Below, in pieces: positions 58,901 to 64,000 of a stretch of DNA of 64,000 nt (position 1 is the stretch's first letter; each line of letters opens with the position of its first letter). The notes under the pieces were generated by a model. It made no database searches, was not told the origin of the DNA, and worked only from the letters and a program-made list of their open reading frames with translations. A program made the position numbers and the translations under genes. The DNA comes from Eledone cirrhosa. Lineage: Eukaryota. The stretch lies in assembly GCA_964016885.1 (NCBI GenBank), contig OZ024742.1, forward strand, positions 369,830,001 through 369,894,000. Direction: 5' to 3'.

Positions 58901-59270
58901 ATCTTATTGTCTAGGTTGGCATGAGTTAGACAGATAGTCTCACAATAGATAGGTCAAGACATCCACTATACAACATCTTATTGTCTAGGTTGACATGGGT
59001 TAGACAGATCCTGTCTCACAATAGACAGGTCAAGACATCCACTGTACAACATCTTATTGTCTAAGTTGGCATGGGTTAGACAGAACCTGACTCACAATAG
59101 ATAGGTCAAGACATCCACTGTACAACATCTTATTGTCTAAGTTGACGTTGGTTAGACAGACCTTGTCTCACAATAGACAGGTCAAGACATCCACTGTACA
59201 ACATCTTATTGTCTGGGTTGACATGGGTTAGACAGATCCTGTCTCACAATAGACAGGTCAAGACATCCAC
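55930..59270 (+). repeat. Tandem duplication of 22 monomers (1665 bp)
   Basis: CAGGCTCAC 56061/57726. CATTCACT, CCAATGTAC, AGATAGTC and GACGTTGG recur in the same order. 22x76-3-2-2=1665. Confidence 0.9.
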
Positions 59271-62200
59271 TGTACAACATCTTATTGTCTGGGTTGACAT
59301 GGGTTAGACAGATCCTGTCTCACAATAGACAGGTCAAGACATCCACTGTACAACATCTTATTGTCTAGGTTGACATGGGTTAGACAGATCCAGTCTCACA
59401 ATAGATAGGTCAAGACATCCACTGTACAACATCTTATTGTCTAGGTTGACATGGGTTAGACAGATCCTGTCTCACAATAGACAGCTCAAGTCATCCACTG
59501 TACAACATCTTATTGTCTAGGTTGACATGGGTTAGACAGATCCAGTCTCACAATAGATAGGTCAAGACATCCACTGTACAACATCTTATTGTCTATGTTG
59601 ACATGGGTTAGACAGATCCTGTCTCACAATAGACAGGTCAAGACATCCACTGTACAACATCTTATTGTCTAGGTTGACATGGGTTAGACAGATCCAGTCT
59701 CACAATAGATAGGTCAAGACATCCACTGTACAACATCTTATTGTCTAGGTTGACATGGGTTAGACAGATCGAGTCTCACAATAGATAGGTCAAGACATCC
59801 ACTGTACATCTTATTGTCTAGGGTGACAAGGGTTAGACAGATCCAGTCTCACAACAGATAGGTCAAGACATCCACTGTACATCTTATTGTCTAGGTTGAC
59901 ATGGTTTAGACAGATCCTGTCTCACAATAGACAGGTCAAGATATCCACTGTACATCTTATTGTCTATGTTGACATGGGTTAGACAGTTCCTGTCTCACAA
60001 TAGATAGGTCAAGACATCCACTGTACAACATCTTATTATCTAGGTTGACATGGGTTAGACAGATCCTGTCTCACAATAGATAGGTCAAGACATCCACTGT
60101 ACATCTTATTGTCTAGGTTGACATGGGTTAGACAGATCCTGTCTCACAATAGACAGGTCAAGACATCCACTGTACAACATCTTATTGTCTAGGTTGACAT
60201 GGGTTAGACAGATCCTGTCTCACAATAGATAGGTCAAGACATCCACTGTACAACATCTTATTGTCTAGGTTGACATGGGTTAGACAGATCCTGTCTCACA
60301 ATAGATAGGTCAAACATCCACTGTACATCTTATGTTCTAGGTTGACATGGGTTAGACAGTTCCTGTCTCACAATAGATAGGTCAAGACATCCACTGTACA
60401 ACATCTTATTGTCTATGTTGACATGGGTTAGACAGATCCAGTCTCACAATAGATAGGTCAAGACATCCACTGTACATCTTATAGTCTAGGTTGACATGGG
60501 TTAGACAGATCCTGTCTCAAAATAGACAGGTCAAGACATCCACTGTACATCTTATTGTCTAGGTTGACATGGGTTAGACAGATCCTGTCTCACAATAGAC
60601 AGGTCAAGACATCCACTGTACAACATCTTATTGTCTAGGTTGACATGGGTTAGACAGATCCTGTCTCACAATAGACAGTTTAAGACATCCACTGTACAGC
60701 ATCTTATTGTCTAGGTTGACATGGGCTAGACACATCCTGTCTCACAATAGATAGCTCAAGACATCCACTGTACAACATCTTATTGTCTAGGGTGACATGG
60801 GTTAGACAGATCCTGTCTCACAATAGATAGGTCAAGACATCCACTGTACATCTTATAGTCTAGGTTGACATGGGTTAGACAGATCCTGTCTCAAAATAGA
60901 CAGGTCAAGACATCCACTGTGCAACATCTTATAGTCTAGGTTGACATGGGTTAGACAGATCCAGGCTCACAATAGATAGGTCAAGACATCCACTGTACAT
61001 CTTATTGTCTAGGTTGGCATGGGTTAGACAGATCCTGTCTCACAATAGACAGGTCAAGACATCCACTGTACAACATCTTATTGTCTAGGTTGACATGGGT
61101 TAGACAGATCCAGTCTCACAATAGATAGGTCAAGACATCCACTGTACAACATCTAATTGTCTAGGTTGACATGGGGTAGACAGATCCTGTCTCACAATAG
61201 ACAGGTCAAGTTATCCACTGTACAACATCTTATTGTCTAGGTTGACATGGGTTAGACAGATCCAGTCTCACAATAGATAGGTCAAGACATCCACTGTACA
61301 ACATCTTATTGTCTAGGTTGACATGGGTTAGACAGATCCAGTCTCACAATAGATAGGTCAAGACATCCAATGTACAACATCTTATTGTCTAAGTTGACAT
61401 TGGTTAGACAGACCTTGTCTCACAATAGACAGGTCAAGACATCCACTGTACAACATCTTATTGTCTGGGTTGACATGGGTTAGACAGATCCTGTCTCACA
61501 ATAGACAGGTCAAGACATCCACTGTACAACATCTTATTGTCTGGGTTGACATGGGTTAGACAGATAGTCTCACAATAGATAGGTCAAGACATCCACTGTA
61601 CAACATCTTATTGTCTAGGTTGACATGGGTTAGACAGATCCAGTCTCACAATAGATAGGTCAAGACATCCACTGTACAACATCTAATTGTCTAGGTTGAC
61701 ATGGGTTAGACAGATCCTGTCTCACAATAGACAGGTCAAGACATCCACTGTACAACATCTTATTGTCTAGGTTGACATGGGGTAGACAGATCCTGTCTCA
61801 CAATAGACAGGTCAAGACATCCACTGTACAACATCTTATTGTCTGGGTTGACATGGGTTAGACAGATCCTGTCTCACAATAGACAGGTCAAGACATCCAC
61901 TGTACAACATCTTATTGTCTAAGTTGGCATGGGTTAGACAGAACCTGACTCACAATAGTTAGGTCAAGACATCCACTGTACAACATCTTATTGTCTAAGT
62001 TGACATTGGTTAGACAGACCTTGTCTCACAATAGACAGGTCAAGACATCCACTGTACAACATCTTATTGTCTGGGTTGACATGGGTTAGACAGATCCTGT
62101 CTCACAATAGACAGGTCAAGACATCCACTGTACAACATCTTATTGTCTGGGTTGACATGGGTTAGACAGATCCTGTCTCACAATAGACAGGTCAAGACAT

Positions 62201-63780
62201 CCACTGTACAACATCTTATTGTCTAGGTTGACATGGGTTAGACAGATCCAGTCTCACAATAGATAGGTCAAGACATCCACTGTACAACATCTTATTGTCT
62301 AGGTTGACATGGGTTAGACAGATCCTGTCTCACAATAGACAGCTCAAGTCATCCACTGTACAACATCTTATTGTCTAGGTTGACATGGGTTAGACAGATC
62401 CAGTCTCACAATAGATAGGTCAAGACATCCACTGTACAACATCTTATTGTCTATGTTGACATGGGTTAGACAGATCCTGTCTCACAATAGACAGGTCAAG
62501 ACATCCACTGTACAACATCTTATTGTCTAGGTTGACATGGGTTAGACAGATCCAGTCTCACAATAGATAGGTCAAGACATCCACTGTACAACATCTTATT
62601 GTCTAGGTTGACATGGGTTAGACAGATCGAGTCTCACAATAGATAGGTCAAGACATCCACTGTACATCTTATTGTCTAGGGTGACAAGGGTTAGACAGAT
62701 CCAGTCTCACATCAGATAGGTCAAGACATCCACTGTACATCTTATTGTCTAGGTTGACATGGTTTAGACAGATCCTGTCTCACAATAGACAGGTCAAGAT
62801 ATCCACTGTACATCTTATTGTCTATGTTGACATGGGTTAGACAGTTCCTGTCTCACAATAGATAGGTCAAGACATCCACTGTACAACATCTTATTATCTA
62901 GGTTGACATGGGTTAGACAGATCCTGTCTCACAATAGATAGGTCAAGACATCCACTGTACATCTTATTGTCTAGGTTGACATGGGTTAGACAGATCCTGT
63001 CTCACAATAGACAGGTCAAGACATCCACTGTACAACATCTTATTGTCTAGGTTGACATGGGTTAGACAGATCCTGTCTCACAATAGATAGGTCAAGACAT
63101 CCACTGTACAACATCTTATTGTCTAGGTTGACATGGGTTAGACAGATCCTGTCTCACAATAGATAGGTCAAACATCCACTGTACATCTTATGTTCTAGGT
63201 TGACATGGGTTAGACAGTTCCTGTCTCACAATAGATAGGTCAAGACATCCACTGTACAACATCTTATTGTCTATGTTGACATGGGTTAGACAGATCCAGT
63301 CTCACAATAGATAGGTCAAGACATCCACTGTACATCTTATAGTCTAGGTTGACATGGGTTAGACAGATCCTGTCTCAAAATAGACAGGTCAAGACATCCA
63401 CTGTACATCTTATTGTCTAGGTTGACATGGGTTAGACAGATCCTGTCTCACAATAGACAGGTCAAGACATCCACTGTACAACATCTTATTGTCTAGGTTG
63501 ACATGGGTTAGACAGATCCTGTCTCACAATAGACAGTTTAAGACATCCACTGTACAGCATCTTATTGTCTAGGTTGACATGTGTTAGACACATCCTGTCT
63601 CACAATAGATAGCTCAAGACATCCACTGTACAACATCTTATTGTCTAGGGTGACATGGGTTAGACAGATCCTGTCTCACAATAGATAGGTCAAGACATCC
63701 ACTGTACATCTTATAGTCTAGGTTGACATGGGTTAGACAGATCCTGTCTCAAAATAGACAGGTCAAGACATCCACTGTAC
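59190..63780 (+). repeat. Duplication at offset 2858 bp (38 monomers), rich in 73-bp deletion monomers
   Basis: ACAGCTCAAG 59481/62339 and CAAACATCCA 60311/63169. 38x76-(9x3)-1-2=2858. Confidence 0.9.
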
Positions 63781-64000
63781 ATCTTATTGTCTAGGTTGAC
63801 ATGGGTTAGACAGATCCTGTCTCACAATAGACAGGTCAAGACATCCACTGTACAACATCTTATTGTCTAGGTTGACATGGGTTAGACAGATCCTGTCTCA
63901 CAATAGACAGTTTAAGACATCCACTGTACAACATCTTATTGTCTAGGTTGACATGGGTTAGACAGATCCTGTCTCACAATAGATAGGTCAAGACATCCGC

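Larger units (their letters stand above)
1..64000 (+). repeat. 76-bp tandem satellite array, about 840 head-to-tail monomers, apparently extending beyond the window
   Basis: Seen directly: the unit starting CTGTACAACATC at 1 recurs at 77, 153, 229 and on to the end. Monomers typically differ from consensus by 0-4 substitutions, with occasional 1-10 bp indels. No reversed monomer or non-repeat sequence noticed. Strand is arbitrary. Confidence 0.99.

Noticed and set aside
1-64000. CRISPR array or other repeat-spacer system
   Set aside because: There are no unique spacers. The full 76 bp is repeated with only point variants, and no cas or other gene is present.
1-64000. Repetitive protein-coding region
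   Set aside because: 76 is not a multiple of 3. The plus-strand open stretch (LYNILLSRLTWVRQILSHNRQVKTS) stops in the next monomer, and each minus-strand frame of the monomer has a stop. Frame-shifting indels are tolerated. TATG variants remove one TAG, but another follows four codons later.

Overview
The whole 64 kb window is one uninterrupted head-to-tail tandem array (satellite DNA) of a 76-bp monomer, about 840 copies, all in one orientation. Consensus: CTGTACAACATCTTATTGTCTAGGTTGACATGGGTTAGACAGATCCTGTCTCACAATAGACAGGTCAAGACATCCA (42% GC). I found no gene, RNA gene, CRISPR spacer, transposon insertion, inversion or unique sequence; consensus reading frames hit a stop within about 45 codons on both strands. 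The information lies in the variant pattern, read by eye. Shared SNPs and indels show nested higher-order duplications (150, 456, 1444, 1665, 2858, 3106, 3260, about 5100 and 6533 bp), lineage-marking deletions, a layered arrangement in which both ends share variants absent from the middle, and probable short gene-conversion tracts. The monomer has overlapping inverted repeats and GACA/TGTC cores spaced about 10 bp apart. It looks like a eukaryotic heterochromatic (centromeric, pericentromeric or subtelomeric) satellite, but I cannot name the family or organism. The sequence alone does not support a new protein-coding or defence system.
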